Positions 18,215-28,089 of a DNA stretch of 32,000 nucleotides are shown here, one piece after another. Origin of the DNA: Kineococcus radiotolerans SRS30216 = ATCC BAA-149 (GTDB lineage: Bacteria; Actinomycetota; Actinomycetes; Actinomycetales; Kineococcaceae); NCBI RefSeq assembly GCF_000017305.1, contig NC_009664.2, positions 270,001-302,000 on the forward strand. The letters are read 5' to 3'. The notes below the pieces were generated by a model. The model made no database searches. It was given only the letters and a program-made list of their open reading frames with translations, and was not told where the DNA came from. Position numbers and translations under genes: made by a program. Positions within the stretch are counted from its first letter, which is position 1; each line of letters begins with the position of its first letter.

Positions 18215-19429
18215 ATGACCGCCCAGGACCGCGCGGTGACCGTGGTGCCGCCGAGCAGGCGCAGGCACCCGGGCCTGCGGCCGATGACCCCGCGGGACCG
18301 GAGCGAGAGCCACCGGGTCGCGAGCCCGCTGGAACTCTTCTTCGACCTCGTCTTCGTCGTCGCCGTCTCGCTGGCCGCCGTGGAGCTGCACCACGCGCTG
18401 GTCGGGGGCCACGCCCTCGACGGGCTGGTCCACTACGCGGTGGTGTTCTTCGCGGTGTGGTGGGCCTGGGTGAACTTCACCTGGTTCGCCTCGGCCTTCG
18501 ACACCGACGACTGGCTCCACCGCGTCCTCACCTTCGCCCAGATGGCCGGGGTGCTGGTCCTGGCGGCGGGGGTGCACGACGTCTTCGCCGACGGCGACCT
18601 GACGGTCGTCACCGCCGGGTACGTCGTGATGCGGGTCGCCGCGGTCGTGCAGTGGTCGCGCGCCGCGCGCGGCGACGTCGGCCTGCGCCGCACCGCCACC
18701 CGCTACGCCGTCGGCATCGCGGTCGTGCAACTGGCCTGGGTGGCCCGCCTGCTGGTGCCCGACCAGGGCGGGCTGCGCACCTTCGTGCTGCTGGCCCTCG
18801 CCGAACTCGCCGTGCCGGTCTGGGCGGAACGGCGCGGGCCCACGCCCTGGCACCCCCACCACGTCGCCGAACGGTACGGGCTCTTCACCCTCATCGTGCT
18901 GGGGGAGTCGATCCTGGCCTCGGCCAACGCCGTCATCGACGCGCTGCAGGACACCGAGCACCTGCCCGCGCTGCTGCTGCTGGCCGGGAGTTCCCTCACC
19001 CTGGCCGCGGGCGCGTGGTGGGTCTACTTCTCCGCCGAGCACCACCGCCGTCTGACCGGGGTGCGCCAGGCGTTGGTGTACGGCTACGGGCACTACCTCG
19101 TCTTCGCCGCCGCGGGCGCGTTCTCCGCCGGCGTCGAGGTGCTCATCGACCACGAGAGCGGGCACGGGGACCTCTCCCCCGTCGCGGCCGCGGCCACGGT
19201 GACCGTGCCGGTCGCGGTGTTCCTCCTCGTCGTCTGGTGGCTGGTGCTGCGCCACGAACTGACCCCCGCGCGCAGCACCACCGTCCTCGTCCTGTCCCTC
19301 GCCGCCGGGGCCGGTGCGCTGCTGCCGCAGGCCCCGCTCTGGGCGGCCCTGGCGGTCGTGGCCGCCGTGGTCGTCGTCCAGGGCGCGGCGGCGAGCCCAC
19401 CGCGGGTTCAGGACCCCGCGGGGGTTTGA
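18215..19429 (+). CDS. Low-temperature-requirement protein A (LtrA) family membrane protein
   Basis: ..RVASPLELFFDLVFVVAVS.. is the LtrA signature. The protein is polytopic and 404 aa long. The RBS is GGACGGAG. Confidence 0.9.
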   Translation: MTAQDRAVTVVPPSRRRHPGLRPMTPRDRSESHRVASPLELFFDLVFVVAVSLAAVELHHALVGGHALDGLVHYAVVFFAVWWAWVNFTWFASAFDTDDWLHRVLTFAQMAGVLVLAAGVHDVFADGDLTVVTAGYVVMRVAAVVQWSRAARGDVGLRRTATRYAVGIAVVQLAWVARLLVPDQGGLRTFVLLALAELAVPVWAERRGPTPWHPHHVAERYGLFTLIVLGESILASANAVIDALQDTEHLPALLLLAGSSLTLAAGAWWVYFSAEHHRRLTGVRQALVYGYGHYLVFAAAGAFSAGVEVLIDHESGHGDLSPVAAAATVTVPVAVFLLVVWWLVLRHELTPARSTTVLVLSLAAGAGALLPQAPLWAALAVVAAVVVVQGAAASPPRVQDPAGV

Positions 19430-19433
19430 ACCC
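19404..19433 (+). terminator. Hairpin spanning the LtrA stop codon
   Basis: GGGTTCAGGACCCCG pairs with CGGGGGTTTGAACCC. The outer arms are GGGTTCA/TGAACCC and the inner palindrome is CCCCGCGGGG. Confidence 0.4.
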
Positions 19434-19520
19434 CTGCGCACGACGGGAACCCGCGGGTCGGGCGTCCCCCGTGCCGCCCGTGGTCGAACCGGCCCCGGAC
19501 CCGGTCGGGTGAGGACCGGA

Positions 19521-21113
19521 TCAGAACCGGAAGGCGCCCACCGCGGTCCGGAGGTCCTGCGCCGCGCTGGAGACCTCGTCGGCCGCGGTCTGGGTGGCGC
19601 CGGCGTCGGTGGTGGTGCGCGCCGCGGCGGAGGCGATGCCGGAGATGTTGCTCGTGATCTCCTGGGAGCCGTTGGAGACCTCGGTGACGTTGCGGACCAT
19701 CTCGGAGGTGGTCGCCGACTGCTCCTCCACCGCCGCGGCGATGGTGGACTGCAACCCGTCGATGCGGGCGATGACCTCGGTGATCTCCCCGATCGCCGCC
19801 GCCGCCGACGCCGCGTCGGCCTGGGTGGCGTTGACCCGCCCCACGATCTCCTCCGTGGCCCGCGCGGTCTGCTGGGCGAGTTCCTTCACCTCACCGGCCA
19901 CCACCGCGAAGCCCTTGCCCATCTCCCCCGCCCGCGCGGCTTCGATGGTGGCGTTCAGCGCCAGGAGGTTGGTCTGCTCGGCGATGGAGGTGATGAGCTT
20001 GACGACGTCGCCGATCTCGCGCGAGGACACCGAGAGGCGTTCGATGGTGGTGCGGGCGTCCTCGGCGGAGGCGACGGCGGCGGAGGCGACCTGGGAGGCG
20101 TCGGCGGTGGAGGCGGCGATCTCGCGGATCGCGGCGGACATCTCGTCCCCGGCAGCGGCGACGGTGCTGACGTTGACGGCGATGTCGCCCGACGCCAGCA
20201 GGACGACGTCGGCCTGCGCGGAGGACTCCTGCGCACCCGAGGACAGTCGCTGCGCGACCTCGCCCAGGCTGCCGGAGGCGCCCTGCAACCTCTGCACGCT
20301 GCGGCCGATGGTGGCGATGGTGGCCGAGACCTGGTCCAGGGCGGTGTTCAGCGCCAGCGCGGTCTGACCGACCTCGTCGTGACCGACGACCTCCACCCGC
20401 TCGTCGAGGCGGCCCGCGGCGAGCGCCTCGGCCACCCGGCGGGTCCGGGCCAGCGGTCCGGCGATGGAGCGGGAGATGAGCACCGACAGCGCGACCGACA
20501 GCACGACGGCGAGCACCGCGACACCGATCAGCAGCAGCCGGGCGCGGCCGTGGGCCGCGGCGCCGTCGGCGGCGGCCTGCGCGGCGACGGCGGTGGCGGT
20601 GTCCTGCACGACGCCCAGGGTGTCGCCGACGGCGCCGTGGGCGATGCCGCCCTGCGCGACGGGGATCGACGCGTCGTTGCGGGTGTCCATGAACTCGACC
20701 TGGTCACCGGTCATCGCGATCCCGACCAGCACCTGCGTCCCGGCGGCGTACTCCTCCAGCGCCGCGTCGACGGCGTCGAGCTGGTCGGCCGGCACCTGCG
20801 GGCCGCTGCTGCGGTAGGCGTCCCAGTCGTCCAGCAGTTCCTGCAGGTCCTCGCCGAAGGTGGTCCTGGCCTCCTCGGAGGGCACCAGGGCCAGGGCGAA
20901 GAGGTCCTTGGTGGCGCGCTGGGAGGAGGTCGCCACCTTCCCCAGGGCCTGCTGGCCCGCCACGCTCTCCTCGCTCACGGTCTGCAGGCGGTGCTGGGCC
21001 TGCGACAGCTGCAGCAGACCGACCCCGGCCACGGTGAGCAGCAGCAGGCAGACGGCGCTGAAGCTGCTGAGGATCTTGGTGCTGACCTTGAGGTCGAGCA
21101 GGAACCGCGGCAC
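19521..21113 (-). CDS. Transmembrane methyl-accepting chemotaxis protein (TM, roughly 150-aa periplasmic sensor, TM, HAMP, MA domain)
   Basis: The GTG at 21113 (GGAG 5 nt upstream) gives [34 protein letters not shown]... TM2 is [21 protein letters not shown]. The HAMP region is ..[25 protein letters not shown].. and the hairpin tip is [37 protein letters not shown]. Only the last 530 codons of track ORF 19521..23993 are the gene. Confidence 0.9.
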   Translation of the reverse strand: MPRFLLDLKVSTKILSSFSAVCLLLLTVAGVGLLQLSQAQHRLQTVSEESVAGQQALGKVATSSQRATKDLFALALVPSEEARTTFGEDLQELLDDWDAYRSSGPQVPADQLDAVDAALEEYAAGTQVLVGIAMTGDQVEFMDTRNDASIPVAQGGIAHGAVGDTLGVVQDTATAVAAQAAADGAAAHGRARLLLIGVAVLAVVLSVALSVLISRSIAGPLARTRRVAEALAAGRLDERVEVVGHDEVGQTALALNTALDQVSATIATIGRSVQRLQGASGSLGEVAQRLSSGAQESSAQADVVLLASGDIAVNVSTVAAAGDEMSAAIREIAASTADASQVASAAVASAEDARTTIERLSVSSREIGDVVKLITSIAEQTNLLALNATIEAARAGEMGKGFAVVAGEVKELAQQTARATEEIVGRVNATQADAASAAAAIGEITEVIARIDGLQSTIAAAVEEQSATTSEMVRNVTEVSNGSQEITSNISGIASAAARTTTDAGATQTAADEVSSAAQDLRTAVGAFRF

Positions 21114-21440
21114 GTCGTCTCCAGGGGCTGAGGTCAGCGAGCGCGCACGACGGGTGGACGGCGCACGGACTGCATCGGCAACGGGGTTCCCGAGCTGAAC
21201 GGCGGCCACCGGCCGGCACCGGGAGGTGGGTGCGGGAGCGACGTCGTCGTGGGCGCCCGGCCGGCTCGCGGACCGCGGGTGACCGCCCCGGCTTCGGTAG
21301 GCTGGGGACTTCCCGGGGCCGGAGCGGAGCCGCTCCACCGCGGGTGCGGACGCGGTCCGCCGTCCGGCCCTCCCCGTGCCGATCACGAGGAGGGGGCCGC
21401 TCGTGCCCCGACGGGCACGGTGAGCGGAAGGAAGCAGGGA

Positions 21441-23327
21441 GTGGGCCTGACGCAGATGTGGCGCACCCTCGCGCCGGTGGCGGCCGCCGAGGTCGCCGAC
21501 GACGTCTTCGCCCGCCGCACCCTGGCCCGCGTGCTCGGCCTGCAGTACGTCCTCGGGGGCGCGCTGGCTGCGCTGTTCGCCCTCGTGGTCCTGCCCGCGG
21601 CCACCCGTTCCCCGGTGCTGACCTGCGCGGTCACCGCGTTCGCCGCGGGTGCGGTGATGGAGGTCGTCAGCCTCCTGCGGCTGTCCTCGCGGGCGTTCAC
21701 CGTCCTCTCCCACGCCTGCATCCTCTCCGCGCAGGTCGTCGTCGCCGCCGCCCACGTCGCGGCCGGGGAGGCGGGAGGGCCCCTGATGCTCTTCCTGCTG
21801 TGGACCTCCCCCTACGCCGGGATCTTCTCCGCCCGCGCCCGCTGGCTGCACGTCGCCGCCGCGTGCGTCGCCCTGGTCACCGCGTCCGCCGCCCTGCCCG
21901 GGGCGTTCGGCACGAAGGTGGTGAGCATCGCGATCTTCGCCGCCACGCTGGTCATCACCAGCATGCTGACCGCCCAGATGACCACCCGGCTGCGGCGCAG
22001 CGCCACCCAGGACCCGCTGACGGGGCTGCCCAACCGCCGGCTGCTGCACGCCACCGTGGCCGCCGCCCTCGCCCGGCGCGCCGCCCGGGGCGGGGCGGTG
22101 GCCGTCCTGCTCATCGACCTCGACCGCTTCAAGCACGTCAACGACACCTTCGGCCACGAGATCGGCGACGCCCTGCTGCAGCAGGTGGTGCCGCGGTTGA
22201 TGGCGCAGCTGGGGCCCGCGGACGTCCTGGCCCGCCTGGGCGGGGACGAGTTCGCCGTCGTGTGCGAGGACTCCAGCGGCGCGGTGGGCCCCGTGCAGAC
22301 GGCGGCCCGGCTCACCCGGGTGTGGGCGGAACCCGTCCTCGTCGACGGGCGCACCCTGCACGTCAGCGGCAGCATCGGCGTCGCCCTCGCCGGCGACGGC
22401 GCCACCCCCCGCACCCTGCTGCGCGACGCCGACGCCGCCATGTACGAGTCCAAGCGGCGGGGCCCGGGGGCCTTCCAGGTGTTCTCCACCGACATCGCCG
22501 CCCGCACCCACCGCCTGCTCCTGCTCGAGCAGGGCCTGCAGCGGGCCGTGGAACGGCGGGAACTGGCGGTGCACTACCAACCGGTCCTGGCCCTGACCGG
22601 CCCCCGGGCGGGTCACGCCGTCGGAGCGGAGGCCCTGCTGCGCTGGCGGAGCGCCGAGCTCGGGCCGGTGGGGCCCGACGAGTTCATCCCCGTCGCCGAG
22701 AGCGCCGGGCTGGTCAACGCCCTCGGCGACTGGGTCCTGGACCGGGTGATGACCGACCTGGCCGGCTGGCGCGCGCGCGGGCAGGTCGACGACGACTTCC
22801 AGGTCGCCGTCAACGTCAGCGCCCACCAGCTCACCCCCGTCCTGCCCGGTCAGGTCGCCGGGCTGCTGGCCCGTCACGGCCTGGGCGCGCGCAGCGTCGG
22901 CCTGGAGGTCACCGAGACCGCCGTCGTGGAGGGCGGCACCGCTCCGCAGGTCCTGGCGGAGCTGCGGGACCTGGGCGTGTCGCTGCTGCTGGACGACTTC
23001 GGCACCGGCTACTCCTCCCTCTCGCAGCTGCAGGAGCTGCCCTTCGACGTCGTGAAGGTGGACCGGTCCTTCGTCGCCGGCATGACCCGCTCCGCCCGGG
23101 ACCGGGCGCTGGTGCTGGCCGTGCTGAACCTGGCCGAGGCCCTGGGGATGGCGGTCGTGGCCGAGGGGGTGGAGGAGCGCGAGCAGGCCGAGCAGCTGCG
23201 GGTCGCCGGCTGCTCGGCCGCGCAGGGCTGGTACTTCGCCCGGGCCGTGCCGGCGGCCGAGCTGCCCGCCGCCCTCCAGCAGGCGGTCGGGGAGCTCGCG
23301 CTCACCCGGCCCTCGACCCCGACGTAG
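21441..23327 (+). CDS. Membrane-anchored GGDEF-EAL protein (putative diguanylate cyclase/phosphodiesterase)
   Basis: About 5-6 N-terminal TM segments are followed by [10 protein letters not shown]...[18 protein letters not shown]...[11 protein letters not shown]. The EAL domain contains HYQPV..., [29 protein letters not shown] and EGVE. I chose the GTG at 21441 (GGAAGGA 7 nt upstream). The ATG at 21456 is an alternative. Confidence 0.9.
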   Translation: MGLTQMWRTLAPVAAAEVADDVFARRTLARVLGLQYVLGGALAALFALVVLPAATRSPVLTCAVTAFAAGAVMEVVSLLRLSSRAFTVLSHACILSAQVVVAAAHVAAGEAGGPLMLFLLWTSPYAGIFSARARWLHVAAACVALVTASAALPGAFGTKVVSIAIFAATLVITSMLTAQMTTRLRRSATQDPLTGLPNRRLLHATVAAALARRAARGGAVAVLLIDLDRFKHVNDTFGHEIGDALLQQVVPRLMAQLGPADVLARLGGDEFAVVCEDSSGAVGPVQTAARLTRVWAEPVLVDGRTLHVSGSIGVALAGDGATPRTLLRDADAAMYESKRRGPGAFQVFSTDIAARTHRLLLLEQGLQRAVERRELAVHYQPVLALTGPRAGHAVGAEALLRWRSAELGPVGPDEFIPVAESAGLVNALGDWVLDRVMTDLAGWRARGQVDDDFQVAVNVSAHQLTPVLPGQVAGLLARHGLGARSVGLEVTETAVVEGGTAPQVLAELRDLGVSLLLDDFGTGYSSLSQLQELPFDVVKVDRSFVAGMTRSARDRALVLAVLNLAEALGMAVVAEGVEEREQAEQLRVAGCSAAQGWYFARAVPAAELPAALQQAVGELALTRPSTPT

Positions 23328-23380
23328 GGCCACCCGGGGGGCACCGGGCGGCTCGCGGTCCGCGCTCCACGGGGAGGGCG

Positions 23381-23935
23381 TCAGCCGCCGGGCCCGCGGG
23401 CCGCCCGCTCGGTCAGCTGCCGGGTGAGGTCGCGCAGCTGCCGCAGCTGCTCCCCCGTGAGCGCCGCGGTCATGGCCGCGCTCACCGCGCGGGCGTGGCG
23501 GCGTCCCACGGCGCGCTGCACGGCCCGTCCCGCCGGGGTGAGGACGACCCGGGTCGCGCGCCGGTCGCAGGGGTCCCCCCGCCGCTGGAGCAGGCCCCCG
23601 GCGACGAGGCGGGCGACCAGCCGGGAGATGCCGCCCTGGGTGAGCAGGACCTCCCGGTTGATCTCCACCATGCTCAGCCCCTCGGGCCCACCCGGGTCCC
23701 GGTGGCGCTCCTCGTGGGCGACGAGGGTGTGGAGCACGTCGTACTCGGTGGGTGAGACCTCCTGCCAGACGTCGTCGGCGCTGAAGCGGCGGGCCAGGAC
23801 GGACTGGGCGCGGAAGAGGGACTCCCACGCCTCGTTGGCCAGCCGCACGTCCTCCCGGGCCGCCGGGTCGGGCACCGCGCCCGGCCCGCCCGCGCGGTCC
23901 CGTCCCCCCGCCCGGTCCTGCGCCTCGCCCGTCAC
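23381..23935 (-). CDS. MarR-family transcriptional regulator
   Basis: ..[13 protein letters not shown]......[54 protein letters not shown] is a MarR winged helix. The GTG at 23935 forms a GTGA overlap with the stop of the upstream LLM gene. Confidence 0.85.
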   Translation of the reverse strand: MTGEAQDRAGGRDRAGGPGAVPDPAAREDVRLANEAWESLFRAQSVLARRFSADDVWQEVSPTEYDVLHTLVAHEERHRDPGGPEGLSMVEINREVLLTQGGISRLVARLVAGGLLQRRGDPCDRRATRVVLTPAGRAVQRAVGRRHARAVSAAMTAALTGEQLRQLRDLTRQLTERAARGPGG

Positions 23936-25122
23936 GCGAGGACGGGCAGGTCCGCCGGGCGGGCGGTGTCGCTGTCCTGGTAGGGCAGCGCACCGGCGAG
24001 GTTGTCCCCCCGGTTGGGGTTGGGCCGGGCCTGGCGGGTGGGCCCGTCCCCGAACCGGTCGCGGACCCGCGCCCGGTGGGTCGGGGCGGGCGCCGCGCCC
24101 GGGGAGCGCCGCGCCGCCATCTCCCGGCGCAGCACCGGCACCACCTCGGCGCCGAGCAGTTCCAGTTGCTCCAGCACCGCGGGCAGCGGGAGGCCGGAGG
24201 AGTCCATCACCCACAGCTGACGCTGGTAGTCCCCGAACGTCTCGCGGAAGGTCATGGTCTGGTCGATGACCTGCTGCGGGCTGCCGACGCTCAGCGGGGT
24301 CCGCTCGGCGTACCACTCCAGGGGACGGGAGTGGTCGTAGACCGGGGCCTTCTCGAAGTAGGGCCGGAACGCGGCGAAGGCGTCCTGGGAGCGGCGGGCG
24401 ATGAACGCCTGACCGCCCAGGCCGACGATGGCCTGCTCGGGGGTGCCGTGGCCGTAGTGGGCGAAGCGCTGGCGGTAGTGGTTCACCAGCGGCAGGAAGT
24501 GCCCGTCGGGCGCGAGGATGTTGTTGGCGAAGAACCCGTTGCCGTAGAACGCGGCCTGCTCGGCGATCTGCGGGCTGCGGATGGACCCGTGCCACACGAA
24601 GGGCGGCACCCCGTCCAGCGGCCGGGGGGTGGAGGTGAAACCCCGCAGCCGCGGGCGGGAACTCCCCTCCCAGTCCACGACGTCCTCGCGCCACAACCGG
24701 TGCAGCAGGTCGTAGTTCTCGATGGCCAGCGCCACGCCCTGGCGGATGTCCTGCCCGAACCACTCGTAGACCGGGACGGTGTTGCCCCGCCCCAGGGTCA
24801 GGTCCAGGCGGCCCCCGGCCAGGTGCTGGGCCAGCGCGTACTCCTCGGCGATGCGCACCGGGTCGGTGGTGGTGGCCAGGGTGACGGCGGTGGAGAGGGT
24901 GATGCGCCGGGTCAGGGCCGCGACGTGGGCGAGGAAGGTGGTGGGCGAGGAGGAGAAGAACGGCGGGTTGTGGTGCTCACCGATCCCGAAGACGTCCAGG
25001 CCGACCTCCTCGGCCTTCACCGCGATCCGGACCATCGCCTGGATGCGCTCGGCCTCGCTGGGGGTGTGCCCGGTGGTGGGGTCGGCCGTGATGTCGCTGA
25101 CCGAGAAGATCCCGAACTGCAT
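23932..25122 (-). CDS. LLM-class FMN-dependent monooxygenase, paralogue of 16338-17480
   Basis: From the ATG at 25122 (RBS AGAGGTGAGGA) it reads [28 protein letters not shown]...[15 protein letters not shown]... It is colinear with the other LLM at roughly two-thirds amino-acid identity by eye. It has an extra roughly 40-aa C-terminal tail. Confidence 0.9.
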   Translation of the reverse strand: MQFGIFSVSDITADPTTGHTPSEAERIQAMVRIAVKAEEVGLDVFGIGEHHNPPFFSSSPTTFLAHVAALTRRITLSTAVTLATTTDPVRIAEEYALAQHLAGGRLDLTLGRGNTVPVYEWFGQDIRQGVALAIENYDLLHRLWREDVVDWEGSSRPRLRGFTSTPRPLDGVPPFVWHGSIRSPQIAEQAAFYGNGFFANNILAPDGHFLPLVNHYRQRFAHYGHGTPEQAIVGLGGQAFIARRSQDAFAAFRPYFEKAPVYDHSRPLEWYAERTPLSVGSPQQVIDQTMTFRETFGDYQRQLWVMDSSGLPLPAVLEQLELLGAEVVPVLRREMAARRSPGAAPAPTHRARVRDRFGDGPTRQARPNPNRGDNLAGALPYQDSDTARPADLPVLA

Positions 25123-25161
25123 CGTCCTCACCTCTCTGCGCGGACCCCGGTCTGCCTGATG

Positions 25162-25175
25162 CATGACTGGTCATG
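25162..25175. promoter_or_regulatory. Palindrome CATGAC-TG-GTCATG upstream of the LLM-MarR operon (candidate MarR operator)
   Basis: Perfect 6-bp arms with a 2-bp spacer lie 40-53 nt upstream of the 25122 start. MarR regulators typically autoregulate through such palindromes. Confidence 0.35.
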
Positions 25176-25277
25176 TGTCCGCACCGGGTGGAACCGCGTC
25201 CCGCCGCCCGCCATTCCCGCCCGGACCGGACGGGACCCCGGTGGCCCCGCGAGGGGGTTTCCCGGGGGCGTGGGGGT

Positions 25278-26285
25278 TCACGGGGCGGGAACGACCGGCG
25301 GTGACAGGACCGCCGCCCCCGGGCGCACCGCGGCCACGGCCACCGCGGTCGCGGCGGCGACGAGGGCGTCGTCGTGGTCGGCGTCCTCGGCGTCGCGGTC
25401 GGACATGACGACCAGGACGAGCGGAGCGCCGGCGGGGGGCCACACCACGGCGACGGCGTTGCGGGTGCCGTACCCCCCGGCGCCCGTCCGGTCCCCCACG
25501 ACCCACCCCTCGGGCACACCGGCGCGGATCAGCGCGTCCCCGGTGGTGTTGGCGCGCATCCAGCCGACCAGCACCGCGCGGTCCTCCTCCCCCAGCGCGT
25601 CCCCGAGGGCGTAGGCGTGCAGGTCGGTGGCCATCGCCCGGGGGGTGCTGGTGTCGCGGACGTCACCGGGAGCGGCCTCGTTGAGCGCGGTCTCCGTGCG
25701 CTCGGGATCGGTGACCGTGTCGCCGAGCTCCCGCAGCGCGGACTCGAAGCCGCCGGGACCACCGAGGTGCTCGAGGAGGAGGTTGGCCGCGGTGTTGTCG
25801 CTGACCGTCGTGGCGGCGGCGGCGAGGTCGCGCAGGCTCATCCCGGCGCCGACGTGCAGCTCGGTGACGGGCGAGTGGTCCACGAGGTCCTCGGCGGTGA
25901 AGGGGACGACCTCGTCGAGCTCCTCGGCGCTCGTGCGGTCCAGGACCGCGGCGGCGGCGAGGACCTTGAAGGTGGAGGCGTACGCGAACCGCTCGTCGGC
26001 GCGGTGGACGACGCTCGCCCCGGTGCCCGTGTCGAGCGCGAACACGCCGAGGCGGGCGTCGAACTCCCGCTCCAGCCGGGCGAGCTGCGCGGCCACGTCC
26101 GGTGCCGCCGCCGGGGGCGGGGCGCCGGGCGTCACCGCCGGACCCGTCACCGCCGGACCCGTCACCGCGGGACCCGTCACCGCGGGAGCGGGCGCGGTGC
26201 CCCCACCGCCGCAGGCCACCAGGACGGGCAGGACGAGCGCGCCGACGATCGCGGCGGGAACGCTCCGGCGCCGGTGCTGCCTCAT
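25278..26285 (-). CDS. Class A beta-lactamase, predicted lipoprotein
   Basis: From the ATG at 26285 it reads [25 protein letters not shown] (lipobox LVAC). The class A motifs are ASTFK (S70xxK), SDN, ETALNEA (E166..N170) and RTG in place of KTG. Confidence 0.9.
   Translation of the reverse strand: MRQHRRRSVPAAIVGALVLPVLVACGGGGTAPAPAVTGPAVTGPAVTGPAVTPGAPPPAAAPDVAAQLARLEREFDARLGVFALDTGTGASVVHRADERFAYASTFKVLAAAAVLDRTSAEELDEVVPFTAEDLVDHSPVTELHVGAGMSLRDLAAAATTVSDNTAANLLLEHLGGPGGFESALRELGDTVTDPERTETALNEAAPGDVRDTSTPRAMATDLHAYALGDALGEEDRAVLVGWMRANTTGDALIRAGVPEGWVVGDRTGAGGYGTRNAVAVVWPPAGAPLVLVVMSDRDAEDADHDDALVAAATAVAVAAVRPGAAVLSPPVVPAP
26131..26190. repeat. 4 x 15-bp tandem repeat inside the beta-lactamase gene, encoding the (PAVTG)n linker after the lipobox
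   Basis: The units are GTCACCGCCGGACCC x2, GTCACCGCGGGACCC and GTCACCGCGGGAGCG, read directly from the sequence. Confidence 0.9.
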
Positions 26286-26535
26286 GCCCGTGGTCCCCCC
26301 CTCGACGTGTCCCCGCCGCGGGAGCCGGCGGTGGGGCCATTCGAGCAGGTGTCCCGCCCGGGGTGCTCCAGGGCGCGCCGCCGGGAGGCCGCGACGGCTC
26401 AAGGCCCCCTGCGCCGCGACCGACAACACGGGTGGATCGAACCACCGGTCCAGTCTCAGCGGAGGCCACGGTCGCCCGGTGAGGACGCCGCGCGGAGGCC
26501 CGCCCGGTGCTGGCGACGTCCAGGGGAGCACCACG

Positions 26536-28089
26536 ATGCCGTTCCGCGCCGTCCGCCGCGCGCAGGAGGAGGCTGCCGCGACCACCGCGGAGTCCCGCGC
26601 CAACATCGCCGCCATCGGCGCGGTCATCACCGCCCTCGGCGCCGCCACGACCTCCACCCAGGCCGTCGAGATCGCCCTGGACGAGGTGCGCGCGCGCTTC
26701 GGCTGGGCCTACGCCTCGTACTGGAAGCTGGACCCCGCCGCCGGGGTCCTGCGTTTCCAGCAGGAGTCCGGCGACGCGGGCGAGGAGTTCCGCCGCGTCA
26801 CCCTGGCCGCCTCCTTCGCCGAGGGCGTCGGCCTCTCGGGGCGGGCCTGGCGCACCCGCGACCTGGTCTTCGTCCCCGACCTGGCCGAGGTGGCCGACTG
26901 CGTGCGCGCCCCCGCCGCCCAGCGCGTCGGGGTCAAGTCCGGCATCTGCTTCCCGCTCCTCGCGGACGGGCGCGTGGTCGGCACGATGGACTTCTTCACC
27001 ACCGAGACCCTCGACCCCTCGCCGGAACGCCTGGACACCCTGCGCGCCATCGGCGCGCTGGTCTCCCAGGCCCGCGAGCGGATCGCCGCGACCGAACGCA
27101 CCACCGCCTCCGTCCAGGACGCCGAGGCCCTGGCCGTCGTCCTGCAGGAGGTCTCCACCGCCGCCACCCGCACCGAGGCGCTGGGGCGCGCCCTGGACGC
27201 CATCCGCACCGGCTTCGGCTGGGCGTACGCCTCGTACTGGAAGCTGGACCCCGCCGCCGGGGTCCTGCGCTTCCAGCAGGAGTCCGGCGACGCGGGCGAG
27301 GAGTTCCGCCGCGTCACCCTGGCCGCCTCCTTCGCCGAGGGCGTCGGCCTCTCGGGGCGGGCCTGGCGCACCCGCGACCTGGTCTTCGTCCCCGACCTGG
27401 CCGAGGTGGCCGACTGCGTGCGCGCCCCCGCCGCCCAGCGCGTCGGGGTGAAGTCCGGCATCTGCTTCCCCGTCCTGGTCTCCGGCCAGGTCGTGGGGAC
27501 CATGGACTTCTTCGCCACCACCACCCTGGTCCTGTCCGACTCGCGGGAGCACGCGCTGCGCAACACCGCCCTGCTCCTGGGCCAGGCCCTGGAACGCTTC
27601 GGCTCGGCCGACAAGCTGGCCAGCGCCGGGCAGGAACTGGTCGCCTCCATCGGCGAGGTCGAGCGCAACGTCGTCTCCGCCACCTCGGTGGTGGCCCGCG
27701 GTCAGGAACTGACCCAGGAGGCCAACCGGCGCGTGAGCGAGCTCGGGGAGTCCTCCAGCCGGATCAGCGCGGTGGTCAAGACGATCCAGGCCATCGCCGC
27801 GCAGACCAACCTGCTCGCGCTGAACGCCACCATCGAGGCCGCCCGGGCCGGCGAGACCGGCCGCGGCTTCGCGGTGGTGGCCGACGAGGTCAAGGAACTG
27901 GCGATGGAGACGGCCACCGCGACCAAGGACGTCGACGAGCGGGTCCGGGCCATCCAGGAGCAGGTGGAGCACGTCGTCGGCGCGCTGGGGCAGATCAGCG
28001 AGGTCGTGGAGGAGATCGACCGCACCCAGGCCGTGATCAGCGGCGTGCTGACCGAGCAGACGGCCGTCACCCGCGCCATCCTGGGCTGA
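26536..28089 (+). CDS. Soluble GAF-GAF-MCP-signalling-domain protein (cytoplasmic chemoreceptor-like)
   Basis: The ATG at 26536 has GGGGAG 7 nt upstream. There are no TM segments and no HAMP domain. Two GAF domains are followed by a short MA domain containing [37 protein letters not shown]. It is the in-frame tail of track ORF 25627..28089. Confidence 0.9.
   Translation: MPFRAVRRAQEEAAATTAESRANIAAIGAVITALGAATTSTQAVEIALDEVRARFGWAYASYWKLDPAAGVLRFQQESGDAGEEFRRVTLAASFAEGVGLSGRAWRTRDLVFVPDLAEVADCVRAPAAQRVGVKSGICFPLLADGRVVGTMDFFTTETLDPSPERLDTLRAIGALVSQARERIAATERTTASVQDAEALAVVLQEVSTAATRTEALGRALDAIRTGFGWAYASYWKLDPAAGVLRFQQESGDAGEEFRRVTLAASFAEGVGLSGRAWRTRDLVFVPDLAEVADCVRAPAAQRVGVKSGICFPVLVSGQVVGTMDFFATTTLVLSDSREHALRNTALLLGQALERFGSADKLASAGQELVASIGEVERNVVSATSVVARGQELTQEANRRVSELGESSSRISAVVKTIQAIAAQTNLLALNATIEAARAGETGRGFAVVADEVKELAMETATATKDVDERVRAIQEQVEHVVGALGQISEVVEEIDRTQAVISGVLTEQTAVTRAILG
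26698..26954 (+). repeat. Copy A of the 257-bp near-identical intragenic direct repeat (core of GAF domain 1)
   Basis: 254 of 257 nt are identical to 27214-27470 at an offset of 516 bp (172 codons). The 3 differences are all synonymous third-position changes. Confidence 0.95.
27214..27470 (+). repeat. Copy B of the 257-bp near-identical intragenic direct repeat (core of GAF domain 2)
   Basis: See copy A. The flanking parts of the two GAF domains are clearly diverged. Confidence 0.95.

Noticed and set aside
19521-23993. A 1490-aa minus-strand ORF in the track.
   Set aside because: Only the C-terminal 530 aa (from the GTG at 21113) form the MCP. The upstream two-thirds are Arg/Gly/Pro/Asp-rich nonsense antisense to the clearly real GGDEF-EAL gene.
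26698-27470. The idea that the near-identical repeat is a diversity-generating retroelement TR/VR pair.
   Set aside because: There is no reverse transcriptase nearby. The 3 mismatches are C/G, T/C and C/G, not adenine-specific. Both copies sit inside one ORF and encode the same peptide.
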